Source of the DNA: Promethearchaeia archaeon
GTDB lineage: Archaea > Asgardarchaeota > Lokiarchaeia > Sigyniarchaeales > SOKP01
DNA: 64,000 nucleotides
Direction: 5' to 3'
Assembly: GCA_029856145.1 (NCBI GenBank)
Contig: JAHQWK010000004.1
Location: 1-64,000, forward strand
Shown piece by piece: positions 51,864-61,423 of the stretch. Numbering within the stretch: the stretch's first letter is position 1; every line of letters begins with the position of its first letter. The notes under the pieces are model-generated. The model saw nothing but the letters and a program-made list of their open reading frames with translations, was not told the origin of the DNA and made no database searches. The position numbers were made by a program, and so were the translations under genes.

Positions 51864-51958
51864 GGGAAATGATTTTTCAAGACTCAAGATCTTCTTCATT
51901 AATCAGCAAACCAGTGTTGATTTCAGTTGGGTCAGAGCTTTCAATAAAATCATTTCCC
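51864..51958 (-). ncRNA. box C/D guide sRNA (predicted target C34 of tRNA-Leu(CAA))
   Basis: 13-bp terminal stem; C UUGAAAG, 11-nt guide, D' CUGA, internal stem, C' AUGAAGA, 12-nt guide AGAUCUUGAGUC, D UUGA. Confidence 0.75.
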
Positions 51959-51977
51959 TAAGATAATAAAGGAAGAG

Positions 51978-52610
51978 TTATAATTTAACTTCACCATTAA
52001 TACGAACTATTCTTCCATCAATATGTAATCTTCCATCGCAGAACAGTTCAATTGCCTTGGGGAATGCTTTATGTTCCCATTCTAAAATTCTAGGAGCAAG
52101 CGTTTTTTTTGTATCAGTATCATAAACAGTTACAGCGTGTTGAATAATAATTGGGCCATGATCTTCATGAATATCTACAAAATGAACAGTAACACCAGAG
52201 ACTTTTACTCCATAGGCAAGAGCATCTTCATGCGCATGCATCCCCTTGAAGCTTGGCAGGAGTGCAGGATGGATATTCATAATACTATCCTTGAAAGTTT
52301 CTATGAAATATTGACTTACATATCTCATGTACCCTACTAATACAATAAGTTCACATTCATACTTTTTCAATATATCTATCATTTTTTGGTCAAATTCCTC
52401 TCTTGTCCCTTCATGTTTATCTGATTCAATTAGTACATATGGAATATTATGATTTTTAGCTCTTTCCATACAATATACTCCAGCTTTATTACAAATCAGA
52501 ACTTCTACTGTTGCTTTATCCTTCAAAATTCCGGCTTCGCAAGCATTAACTATTGCTTGGAAATTACTTCCAGACCCACTAGCAATTGCACCTATTTTTA
52601 CTTTACTCAT
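51978..52610 (-). CDS. purN: phosphoribosylglycinamide formyltransferase
   Basis: ASGSGSNFQA, NIHPALLPSFKG, GVTVHFVD, DHGPII. Confidence 0.95.
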   Translation of the reverse strand: MSKVKIGAIASGSGSNFQAIVNACEAGILKDKATVEVLICNKAGVYCMERAKNHNIPYVLIESDKHEGTREEFDQKMIDILKKYECELIVLVGYMRYVSQYFIETFKDSIMNIHPALLPSFKGMHAHEDALAYGVKVSGVTVHFVDIHEDHGPIIIQHAVTVYDTDTKKTLAPRILEWEHKAFPKAIELFCDGRLHIDGRIVRINGEVKL

Positions 52611-53034
52611 AATTCTACTAAGTTTTTTCTCAAAAAAAAGAATACTTATTAATGAAGAATTATCAAATGGGAAAGAGTTGGAAAAAGAATATATAATAAA
52701 ATTTTAGATTTTTGATAATGATAATGTTTTTATTTGATTAATTCATATTTATCATAGAAATTTAGTAATATTTCATTCTCAAAATTATTCTCTTCCGAAA
52801 ATAAGCTATAATGTAAGAGAATGTAATACTATTTATCAAAAATAAGCAATTACAAATTAACAAACTATATCGACAAGTAAATGAAATTTCAAGTATTATT
52901 AATCAATACACGATAATATTGATGATAATAATAAATCAAGACATTAAGAAATAAGAATCTAAATTTTACGATTTAATCATCATATCGTTAAGATTTCAAA
53001 TATAAAAAGTAATTAACTAGCGTAATGAAGATTT

Positions 53035-54945
53035 ATGAGTTTTGAAAGTGAATTGAAACGAATTATGGATGAGATTGTCCAGAACCTTCCGCCAGAAATA
53101 AATGTTAAGAAAATTGAGTTTGAAGGTCCTGAAATTGCCGTCTATTCTGAAAATGCAGATGTAGATGCGATTGAAAGCTCAACAATATTAAAGGATTTAG
53201 CAAAAACCATGCGAAAACGTGTTGTTTTTCGGTGGAATGTAGATAAACGTAAAGATCCAGCTGAAACTGAAAGCTACATTAGAAATCTAGTTAATGAAGA
53301 TGCTGAGATTACTAGTATCGAATTTGATCATACTAGAGGCGAAGTAATAATAGAATCTGGGAAACCAGGACTTGTCATTGGAAAAAAAGGTGTTAATTTA
53401 AAAGAGATAAGAACAAACACCTTTTGGCAGCCTAGAACCATTCGAACTCCTCCACTACATTCAAGAACAATCCAATTAATCAGAGGGATGCTTTCAAAGG
53501 AACGACAGACACAAAAAGATATTTTACTAAAAATTGGTAAAAGAATCCATAGACCCGTACTATTTAAAGATTTAAAAATTAGATTAAGTGCTTTAGGTGG
53601 TTTTAGAGAAGTTGGAAGATCTTGTATATTGATGCAAACAAGAGACAGTAATATTCTATTAGATGTTGGTTTAAATGTTGGAAATCCAAATGAGAGATTT
53701 CCATTCTTTGAAATTCCTGAATTTACAATAAGAGATCTTGATGCAGTCATTATATCACATGCACATTTAGATCACTGTGGACTTGTCCCATTTTTGTATA
53801 AATATGGATATAGAGGCCCAGTTTATAGTACTTTACCCACACGTAATCTATCAACGATGCTACAACTAGATTTTATTCAAATTTGTGAAAAAGAAGGATA
53901 CCCATCGCCATATTCGAAGAGAGATGTAAAATCAACAGTACTCCATACGATTCCTCTTTCTTGGGGTAAAGTGACAGATATTGCTCCCGATATTAAATTA
54001 ACACTTCATAATTCTGGACATATTTTAGGTTCCTCAATGGTGCATTTACATTTTGGAAAAGGAGATTATAATTTTGTCTATACAGGAGATTTTAAATATC
54101 AAAAAACTCGATTATTAGAAAAAGCTGCTGTTAAATTTCCAAGAGTAGAAGCCCTATTAATTGAATCTACTTATGGGGGGCCTCAAGATCGTATTCCTAG
54201 TAGACAAGAATCTGAAAGAGAGCTTAAACAAATACTGAATTCAACTCTCAAAAGGGGTGGAAAAGTTTTAATTCCAGTATTAGCTGTTGGGCGAGCACAA
54301 GAATTACTAATTGTGTTAGAAGAATATATTTCAAAAGGATTTATTGATAAAGTACCTATATTTATTGATGGGTTAATTAGTGAAGCGACAGCAATACATA
54401 CTGCTAATCCTGATTTTCTCAGTAGCGATCTTAGAGAAAAAATATTACATCAAGGTAAAAATCCATTTTTAAGTGATTATTTTGAAACCGTATCAGCGCA
54501 AGAAGAGAGACTCAATATTATCACAGGTGGGCCTTGTATTATCTTGGCAACAAGTGGTATGCTTATAGGTGGACCATCGGTGCAATACTTAAAAGCGCTA
54601 GCAGAAGATCCCAACAATGCATTAATTTTTGTTTCTTATCAAGTTTCGGGTACGCTTGGCTCACGTGTACAGAAAGGATTTAAATCGTTTAATTATGTAG
54701 ACGCAAAAGGACGTACACAACTCGTAAAAATTAATTTAAAAATATTTACTCTTGAAGGGTTTTCAGGGCATTCATCTCGTAGTCAAATATCACAATTCCT
54801 AAGGAGAATTCAACCAAGACCTAAAAAAGTTCTTGTTTGTCATGGAGAAGAGTCCAAAGCCATTAGTTTATCAACAATGATACACAAAAAACTACGTAAA
54901 TCGACTGCCGCCCCTAAAAATCTAGAAACTGTGCTTCTGAAATAA
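53035..54945 (+). CDS. fttA: beta-CASP ribonuclease aCPSF1 / transcription termination factor FttA
   Basis: two KH domains (GLVIGKKG), SHAHLDH, GHILGS, AVGRAQE, FSGHS, VCHGE. Confidence 0.96.
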   Translation: MSFESELKRIMDEIVQNLPPEINVKKIEFEGPEIAVYSENADVDAIESSTILKDLAKTMRKRVVFRWNVDKRKDPAETESYIRNLVNEDAEITSIEFDHTRGEVIIESGKPGLVIGKKGVNLKEIRTNTFWQPRTIRTPPLHSRTIQLIRGMLSKERQTQKDILLKIGKRIHRPVLFKDLKIRLSALGGFREVGRSCILMQTRDSNILLDVGLNVGNPNERFPFFEIPEFTIRDLDAVIISHAHLDHCGLVPFLYKYGYRGPVYSTLPTRNLSTMLQLDFIQICEKEGYPSPYSKRDVKSTVLHTIPLSWGKVTDIAPDIKLTLHNSGHILGSSMVHLHFGKGDYNFVYTGDFKYQKTRLLEKAAVKFPRVEALLIESTYGGPQDRIPSRQESERELKQILNSTLKRGGKVLIPVLAVGRAQELLIVLEEYISKGFIDKVPIFIDGLISEATAIHTANPDFLSSDLREKILHQGKNPFLSDYFETVSAQEERLNIITGGPCIILATSGMLIGGPSVQYLKALAEDPNNALIFVSYQVSGTLGSRVQKGFKSFNYVDAKGRTQLVKINLKIFTLEGFSGHSSRSQISQFLRRIQPRPKKVLVCHGEESKAISLSTMIHKKLRKSTAAPKNLETVLLK

Positions 54946-55154
54946 TCTTTTTAATCAAATTTTTCTACTATTTGATCATTATCTAATATTAAATTTTAGG
55001 GATTAATATTTTGAGTAAATTTTGAATTGAAATATTTGAATTTATTTTGATGTCACAAGGTTTTTTTTCTTTAGCTTTTTTGTAAGGAAAAAATAATTTT
55101 TTTAAACAGTATTAATTAATCTTTTTATACTTTTATTGAGCTTAGTGGTAATTT

Positions 55155-56108
55155 TTGAATATAAAAGACTTTAAAATAAAAAATCATTCGATAACAATAT
55201 TTAGGCGTATCTTTCAAATTATCGCTTTCTTCATAATTAATTATTTAATCCTAGAAATAATTTTCGCAATTAATTTAATTGGCTTAGAGGGACTTTTAAA
55301 AGTACTTCCTATTTTAAATTCTGCTAGAAATCCCCTTTCAAATAGTACTGGAATTATAGAAATCATCTTCTATTCTTTTACGGCTGGAATAATTCCAATT
55401 TTTCTTATAGGAGTATTTATAATAATTATATTATTCACAAACAGATTTTTTTGTGGGTGGATATGTCCTATTGGAACAATTCAAGATGCATGTGCAGCAG
55501 TTCCAACAAAAAAAAGAACAGTAAAGATTAGTGGAGGGATTTTGAATCATAAATCTTTATTGAAAATTAAATATATTATAGTAGTATTCATACTCTTGCT
55601 TGTTGTCCCTTTAGCTATAATAGCAACAATAAATTGGCCATTTTATATAGAATATAGAGCAAATTTAGGAGATTTTGGAGATAATCCATTATCCTACTTC
55701 TCATTATCTGAATTTATTTTTGTTTTTTTTCCTGATTTGATTCGACAAATTATTGAGACAAGAAGTATTGCCCCCATTTTTTCCAATTTAATAGTGTTTA
55801 TTATTTCCATTTTTTATATCGCTCTTTTAGTCTTATCAGTATGGTATCCAAGGTTATACTGTAGATATATTTGCCCATTTGCGGCCGTGTCTTCTGTTGT
55901 TAGTGAATATTCTTTTTTGAAACTATCAAGGAGTCCGGTTAAATGCGTAGGAAGGGCGGAATGTGGGATTTGTGAAAAAGTTTGTCCGAAACAAATAAGG
56001 ATATTAGATGAGCCATTTGAATTCTTCACTGGAAAAGGTGAATGTAATTTATGCCTAAAATGTAAAGAAGCATGTCCATATAAAGCGATAGATATCAAGA
56101 TAGGTTAA
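55155..56108 (+). CDS. membrane 4Fe-4S protein, NapH/MauN-like
   Basis: FFCGWICP and YCRYICP, plus two ferredoxin-type Cys clusters; TM segments. Confidence 0.85.
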   Translation: MNIKDFKIKNHSITIFRRIFQIIAFFIINYLILEIIFAINLIGLEGLLKVLPILNSARNPLSNSTGIIEIIFYSFTAGIIPIFLIGVFIIIILFTNRFFCGWICPIGTIQDACAAVPTKKRTVKISGGILNHKSLLKIKYIIVVFILLLVVPLAIIATINWPFYIEYRANLGDFGDNPLSYFSLSEFIFVFFPDLIRQIIETRSIAPIFSNLIVFIISIFYIALLVLSVWYPRLYCRYICPFAAVSSVVSEYSFLKLSRSPVKCVGRAECGICEKVCPKQIRILDEPFEFFTGKGECNLCLKCKEACPYKAIDIKIG

Positions 56109-56139
56109 TTAGAATTAAAAAGATTATCATTTATTCAAG

Positions 56140-56184
56140 AGAAAAATCTTTATATTTTAGTACTACGTTAGAAAAATCTTTATA
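56140..56184 (+). promoter_or_regulatory. tandem 15-bp direct repeat AGAAAAATCTTTATA (BRE/TATA-like)
   Basis: identical copies at 56140-56154 and 56170-56184 upstream of the HD-domain gene. Confidence 0.45.
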
Positions 56185-56238
56185 ATAACCAATCTAATCT
56201 TATATCAATAGTTTCAAGGAAAAATTTCTCTTATCAAA

Positions 56239-57441
56239 ATGGATAAACGCATAATTGATCTTTTACAAACTCGAATGAAAAGAGATGTGAATGTAGGAAT
56301 TCACGGTATATTGGATTCTGAAGCTATTAGATATCATAAAGAAGAAAGCGAAGAAATTAGACCTCCATTCTTTAGAGATGTTGATAGGATTGTCCATTCC
56401 AAGGCTTATGCCCGTTATATTGACAAATCTCAGGTATTTTTTGATGTAAATAACGCCAATATCACCCATCGCTCACTTCATGTCCATATAGTCTCTAGAA
56501 TTGCTCGTCAAATAGGAAGAGTCTTAAGATTGAATACTGATTTAATAGAAGCAATTGCATTGGGTCATGACGTTGGCCATGCTCCCTTTGGGCATTTAGG
56601 TGAAGATATTCTATATGAGATTAGTAAAAAATATAATATGGGTACTTTTAGTCATAATGCTCAAGGAATTCGATGGCTTTCTTATCTTGAAAAAAGGAAT
56701 CCAGAACAACCTGCTAATGGTCTTAATTTGACATTGCAAGTCCTTGATGGAATTCTTTGCCATGATGGTGAAGTCAACGAACAACAATTGAAGCCTATCA
56801 AAAGAAATGGAAAGACTTGGGAAGATCATTTTGAGGAATATAAAGATTGCTTTAATGATAATGAGATTAAGAGAATTCCAATGACTTATGAAGCTATTGT
56901 TACTAGATTCAGTGATACAATTAGCTATATAGGGAGAGATATTGAAGATGCAATTTTGTTAAAGCTAATAAGCCGGAGTGAAATTCCTGATCATTGTAAA
57001 AAGGTTCTTGGAGATACAAATCCTAAAATTATAGATACTTTAATAACTGATCTACTTAATTTCAGCTTAAATAATGATGTTATAGGATATTCAGATGAGA
57101 TTTTCCAAGCTTTAAAAGAATTGAAAGCATTTAATTATGATAACATATATATTAGAAGAGATTTGTTTAAGAAAAATTCTACTGAAAAAACTTTTATCGA
57201 CAAATTAAAAGAGAGATTTATATTAATTTTTAAGAGATCTTTAAAGGATTTAGAAGAAGAAAATTATAATACTCCTATTTTTAGAGATCATATTGAATAT
57301 ATTGATGATAAAAATTACAATACTTATTTTGAGCCCCAAAAAAATAATAATCAATTAACACTCATAGTCCGGGATTATATCGCGGGAATGTCTGATAAAT
57401 ACTTTAATGAAATTTATGAGAAATTTCGAAAAAACAAATAA
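56239..57441 (+). CDS. HD-domain dNTP triphosphohydrolase (dGTPase-like)
   Basis: RDVDRIVHSKA, HRSLH, GHDVGHAPFGHLGE, CHDG, DIED, DYIAGMSD. Confidence 0.9.
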   Translation: MDKRIIDLLQTRMKRDVNVGIHGILDSEAIRYHKEESEEIRPPFFRDVDRIVHSKAYARYIDKSQVFFDVNNANITHRSLHVHIVSRIARQIGRVLRLNTDLIEAIALGHDVGHAPFGHLGEDILYEISKKYNMGTFSHNAQGIRWLSYLEKRNPEQPANGLNLTLQVLDGILCHDGEVNEQQLKPIKRNGKTWEDHFEEYKDCFNDNEIKRIPMTYEAIVTRFSDTISYIGRDIEDAILLKLISRSEIPDHCKKVLGDTNPKIIDTLITDLLNFSLNNDVIGYSDEIFQALKELKAFNYDNIYIRRDLFKKNSTEKTFIDKLKERFILIFKRSLKDLEEENYNTPIFRDHIEYIDDKNYNTYFEPQKNNNQLTLIVRDYIAGMSDKYFNEIYEKFRKNK

Positions 57442-57521
57442 AACACTACTTTTATATGATTTGAATATAATGGAATTAAGATATAATATCAATATCATAT
57501 CAATATTTAAATTTAAAAAGG

Positions 57522-57667
57522 GGACTACACACAGTGGAGGAATAAAGTAAAAAAGTATTCTCAGTTTATAAGGGGTTTTTTTTTATTTTCAGTCACACGG
57601 GGTTTATAAAAACTAGTTTATTAAACTGATATCTTTTTGAGTCCTCCAGATCAAGTGTGTGTAATCC
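57522..57667 (-). ncRNA. candidate rod-shaped structured RNA (~150 nt)
   Basis: four nested inverted repeats; G-U pair favours the minus strand; followed by a T-run. Confidence 0.5.
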
Positions 57668-57853
57668 AGTATATATATAGAGGATAGTAAATAAAAATCT
57701 ATCTTATTTAAAAAAGGAATTTTTTTATATGAAAATTTATATTTTGCAAGCCTTATACCAATACTCTTTTAAATTTAAATAATTGAGAAAGGTTTTTTAG
57801 AGTTTTCAGATTATTAATATTCAAATAAATTAGATTCAGAAAATCTCTGAAAA

Positions 57854-57955
57854 AGCCCAGTGGTGTAGAGGTCAAGCATCGGGGGCCCTGATAAGTCTTT
57901 ATGTCTAAGATCTTGGAGATACCCCTGGACCACGGTTCGAATCCGTGCTGGGCTA
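57854..57955 (+). tRNA. tRNA-Gln(CUG) with canonical 37/38 intron (57892-57920), C at position 33
   Basis: AGCCCAG/CTGGGCT-A acceptor; GGGGG/CCCCT anticodon stem; CACGG-TTCGAAT-CCGTG T arm; BHB-forming intron. Confidence 0.88.
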
Positions 57956-57963
57956 TTTTTCTT

Positions 57964-58323
57964 TTAACCTGTACGTTTAATGAGATGATATCCAAATTTC
58001 GTTTTAACTGGTTGAGAAATTTCTCCAATTTTTAATTTAGTACACGCGCTCCAAAATTCAGAAACCATATCCCCTTTACCAAATTCACCTAAATTGCCTC
58101 CTCTCTTCTTACTTGGGCATGTAGAATATTGACTAGCCAAATGTGCTAATTTATCACCTGCCATTAAATCTTCATAAATCTCTTGAGCTTTACTAAACTT
58201 CTCAACTAAGATGTGACTTGCTTTTATTTTTCCCTCGCGAATAGGATCTCCCGCTTGTTTAGAACTACCACCCGTTGATTGTTTTCCCTTTTGAAAACCT
58301 TTTCCATATTTATTTTTACCCAC
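57964..58323 (-). CDS. parvulin-type peptidyl-prolyl isomerase with basic N-terminal extension
   Basis: ASHILV, YSTCPS, GGNLG.F, MVSEF, PVKTKFGYHLI. Confidence 0.93.
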   Translation of the reverse strand: MGKNKYGKGFQKGKQSTGGSSKQAGDPIREGKIKASHILVEKFSKAQEIYEDLMAGDKLAHLASQYSTCPSKKRGGNLGEFGKGDMVSEFWSACTKLKIGEISQPVKTKFGYHLIKRTG

Positions 58324-58405
58324 TATTATATCACCAAATTTGAATTATGTCAGACTAAATTTTTATAAAAAATATTTTAGGTGTTTAGGTAATAAAAAGA
58401 TGATT

Positions 58406-58822
58406 TTAGTTTATAATCAAATACCTAAAATTTCTTATTTCTTCAATGCTGTTTATTTCAACAACAAGTTTTTGGAAATCTTGAAGATTTCCGTCATAAA
58501 TCATGAATGTAATGAAATTTTGATTCACAAAATTTAAGTTTTTGCTAACAATTTGTTCTTTATACTCACTTTCAATTCTATTCAATTTTTTTTGAACTTT
58601 GGATTCATTAGGAGCAACAATAATCATGTTACCAATTATATTCTTTGCAATAGGAGTAAAATCGCTAAATGTATCTAGAGTAGAGGATATATCCTCTGTA
58701 GACATTAAGCGTAATAGAGCATCTCTAATTAATTTAGATTTATTTTCATACTGATTTTTTGAAACAAGTTTATTTATGAATTTCTTAAGATTCTCATTTA
58801 AAGACACAGAAATAATTGGCAT
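58406..58822 (-). CDS. CopG/NikR-like ribbon-helix-helix regulator
   Basis: IISVSL...YENKSKLIRDAL RHH plus ACT-like C-terminus. Confidence 0.8.
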   Translation of the reverse strand: MPIISVSLNENLKKFINKLVSKNQYENKSKLIRDALLRLMSTEDISSTLDTFSDFTPIAKNIIGNMIIVAPNESKVQKKLNRIESEYKEQIVSKNLNFVNQNFITFMIYDGNLQDFQKLVVEINSIEEIRNFRYLIIN

Positions 58823-58899
58823 AATATAGGCAACTTTTTGTTTTTATTATTAAATATAGTCTTAACAATTTATAAATCTTTTTTTAGGTAAAATTAAGC

Positions 58900-61269
58900 T
58901 CATAATTTGATAGATCTTGCTATAACATTCCGAAAATTTTCTAGATCTGTTACAAGTTTATCAGCGTCTTCATCCGTAATTTTATCATCTTTTCCATATT
59001 TATTCAAGTTGGTTAACCAAAACTCCATTCTCCCAAGAATAGCTTCTTTATCTCCCATAATTTTTCTTACTCTAACAAAAGTATCATGCAACTTAGTTCT
59101 AATGTTTTGGGCTTTCCATCTTAACATACAATAGTCTGACATCTCTGCTAAATTCTGGGTTATAGCCATTATATCAATAGTTTTTTCACGTTCTTCGCTT
59201 TTAATCTTCCTTATTAAATTGATCTCTTCAAATAAGAGCTCTATAACCTTGGCTAAGAAGCCAGTCAACTGGCCGCTATGTGCCGCCCAGATCCTAACTT
59301 CTAATGATTGGTTTGCTTCAGATACATAAATACGCGTAATTATTCTTCCTCCCCCGACTTTCGCTTCTGAGCAATGCCAACTTTCTGCTTCATATTTTCC
59401 TTTAGCATCAGTACCTTCATGAGAAGTTACTGTGCTTACTTCAAAACGTTTTATTGTTCTTACTGCCGCTCTAAAACCCAAACGCGGATCTAAATCTGCA
59501 ATTAAAAATGCTCGAGCATCATTTGGAAGATCTGCAATAGATATTTGAATATCTTCTATGGTGGCTAAGCAGGATACCACTAATGGGCATTTAATTTGAA
59601 CAGCCTTTTTACGGATATGAACGGTCCTTTTTTCCCCTGATGCAGTTTTGTAGATAACATCACCCCCAATATTGGAGATTCCACATTCTTTTGGTTCTAA
59701 ATAAAAATCAACGCCCCTAGAATTATTTGCTTCAATAACGGGTATGTTAATGAGGGGATCTTTTGTTTTATAACTAGAAGGAACATCTAAAAGGACTTTT
59801 ACTGAATTGATTGCCATATTAGTTTGATTTCTCACAGCAATTTTAAAGTGTAATTGTCCACCAATAAAATCATAATCACGAACAACTTCGATTTTACCAC
59901 CATCTGAAGATTTATTAGCTGTTGGTTCAGCTTGTGTTTTAGCTTCCATGGGGACACTATACGCAACAAAGATTTTCTTTGCCATATCAATGTATCCATC
60001 GATATCTCCACGTGCTATAATTTGGGCCAAATTCTCTTCAATACTGGACTCAGTCACCCCCAATCTATTTGAAAGTTCTCTTAAAGGCATCGTTCTATAA
60101 GCTCTGGCGATTTCTCTTATTTTCTTCTCCATGCGTTTATTAGTCATAAATTCTCTTCTTTGAGTAAAAATACCTTTAATTTTACCTGTCTTAATTAACT
60201 CATGAAGGCTTTTTCTTGCTAATTCTACAGCAATTTTTAATTTTGAGGCGAGTTTTGAAAGCTCGAATAAGCCCGTTTCTTTTGAATATCTTTTAATTTC
60301 TTGATAAATTTGATTAGCAGTAATAATTTCGTTTCCACGATCTGCGAAAAATCCATTTACAGCTTTTGTTCTCATTAAATTAACGCAAAATGATTTAACA
60401 AGTTCTTGAGGGATATTAAAAATATTAGCAAGATCTTTTAGAGATACCCGACCTTTGCTCTTAATCTCTTTTATTAAATTATCTAATATGTGTTTTTGAG
60501 TATAATATATCTCTTTGTTTAATGAGAACGAACCTTTTATTTGGAACTGGTTAATTAATTTATAAATTACTTTTAGAGCAATTTCAGAACTCATATCAAG
60601 CATTACTCCTAGATCAGCCACATTAATTATACCTTCATCTTGAAATTTAGCTAATATATTTTCGCGCATCTCAGAAGATATATAGTAAAACATCTGGTTT
60701 TTTTGATCTATAATTCCATAGATTCGTTCTTCTTCAATATATTTATTAATAAATTTAATCATTTGCTCCGCAGAAATATTAAATGAATTCATTATTGTTG
60801 AAAAGTTAGTAATCGGAGCTATTTTTAATAAATCTAGAAAGCATTTAGGACAGACTTCTTTTCCAATAATATGACGTAATTTCTTACTGCATAAAATTAA
60901 TCTATTAGTTTTAATGAGATTATATCTTAATGCTTCTCTTGCAAGTTTTTCTTTTGAAGGAAAAAATAATCCCGGTGTCTTTAAATAAGAATTCCATGAT
61001 TCTGGGCAATTTCGATTAGTACATTCTAAATAATATTGTCCTGAGGATAATCTTTCTAATCTTAGAAGATGTTTACATACAGGACATTCACTATTTTCTA
61101 CAACTGTACATTTATAATTTCTTTCGATTGCTTTTACCTTAGAATAAATTAGATTATGTTTTCTACATTCGTGTATTTCAGTAGTAGCAATATGATTAAT
61201 ACAGAAGCTAGATTTACATTTCTCACACGTGAAATCGATTTTTTGACTTTCACAGAATAAACATTTCAT
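58900..61269 (-). CDS. Zn-finger / winged-helix (UFL1-DDRGK/PCI-like) repeat protein with C-terminal adaptin/COP appendage-like domain
   Basis: N-terminal Cys/His clusters; five WH repeats ending G.I.G; C-terminal beta-sandwich VRNQT...GDVIY. Confidence 0.65.
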   Translation of the reverse strand: MKCLFCESQKIDFTCEKCKSSFCINHIATTEIHECRKHNLIYSKVKAIERNYKCTVVENSECPVCKHLLRLERLSSGQYYLECTNRNCPESWNSYLKTPGLFFPSKEKLAREALRYNLIKTNRLILCSKKLRHIIGKEVCPKCFLDLLKIAPITNFSTIMNSFNISAEQMIKFINKYIEEERIYGIIDQKNQMFYYISSEMRENILAKFQDEGIINVADLGVMLDMSSEIALKVIYKLINQFQIKGSFSLNKEIYYTQKHILDNLIKEIKSKGRVSLKDLANIFNIPQELVKSFCVNLMRTKAVNGFFADRGNEIITANQIYQEIKRYSKETGLFELSKLASKLKIAVELARKSLHELIKTGKIKGIFTQRREFMTNKRMEKKIREIARAYRTMPLRELSNRLGVTESSIEENLAQIIARGDIDGYIDMAKKIFVAYSVPMEAKTQAEPTANKSSDGGKIEVVRDYDFIGGQLHFKIAVRNQTNMAINSVKVLLDVPSSYKTKDPLINIPVIEANNSRGVDFYLEPKECGISNIGGDVIYKTASGEKRTVHIRKKAVQIKCPLVVSCLATIEDIQISIADLPNDARAFLIADLDPRLGFRAAVRTIKRFEVSTVTSHEGTDAKGKYEAESWHCSEAKVGGGRIITRIYVSEANQSLEVRIWAAHSGQLTGFLAKVIELLFEEINLIRKIKSEEREKTIDIMAITQNLAEMSDYCMLRWKAQNIRTKLHDTFVRVRKIMGDKEAILGRMEFWLTNLNKYGKDDKITDEDADKLVTDLENFRNVIARSIKL

Positions 61270-61423
61270 AGTTTGAGATCAAATTTTAATTTATGAATCT
61301 ATATTATATTAAAAAAAATTCACGCTTAATATTTTTTATATAGCCCAAATTTTATTGTTTCAATAACAATTGAATATTCCTTGGATTTTTAAATTTTGTA
61401 TTAAATTAAATAAGATAAATTAT

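Noticed and set aside
51864-51958. Hairpin as a SECIS element, H/ACA RNA or simple terminator
   Set aside because: The upstream purN has no in-frame UGA, there is no 3' ACA box, and the two-K-turn, two-guide layout fits box C/D much better.
57570-57610. AAAACCCC motifs as a telomerase-like template
   Set aside because: No reverse transcriptase in the window and no other support; the motif is short.
57753-58028. 91-aa ORF on the minus strand
   Set aside because: It runs antisense across the tRNA-Gln gene.
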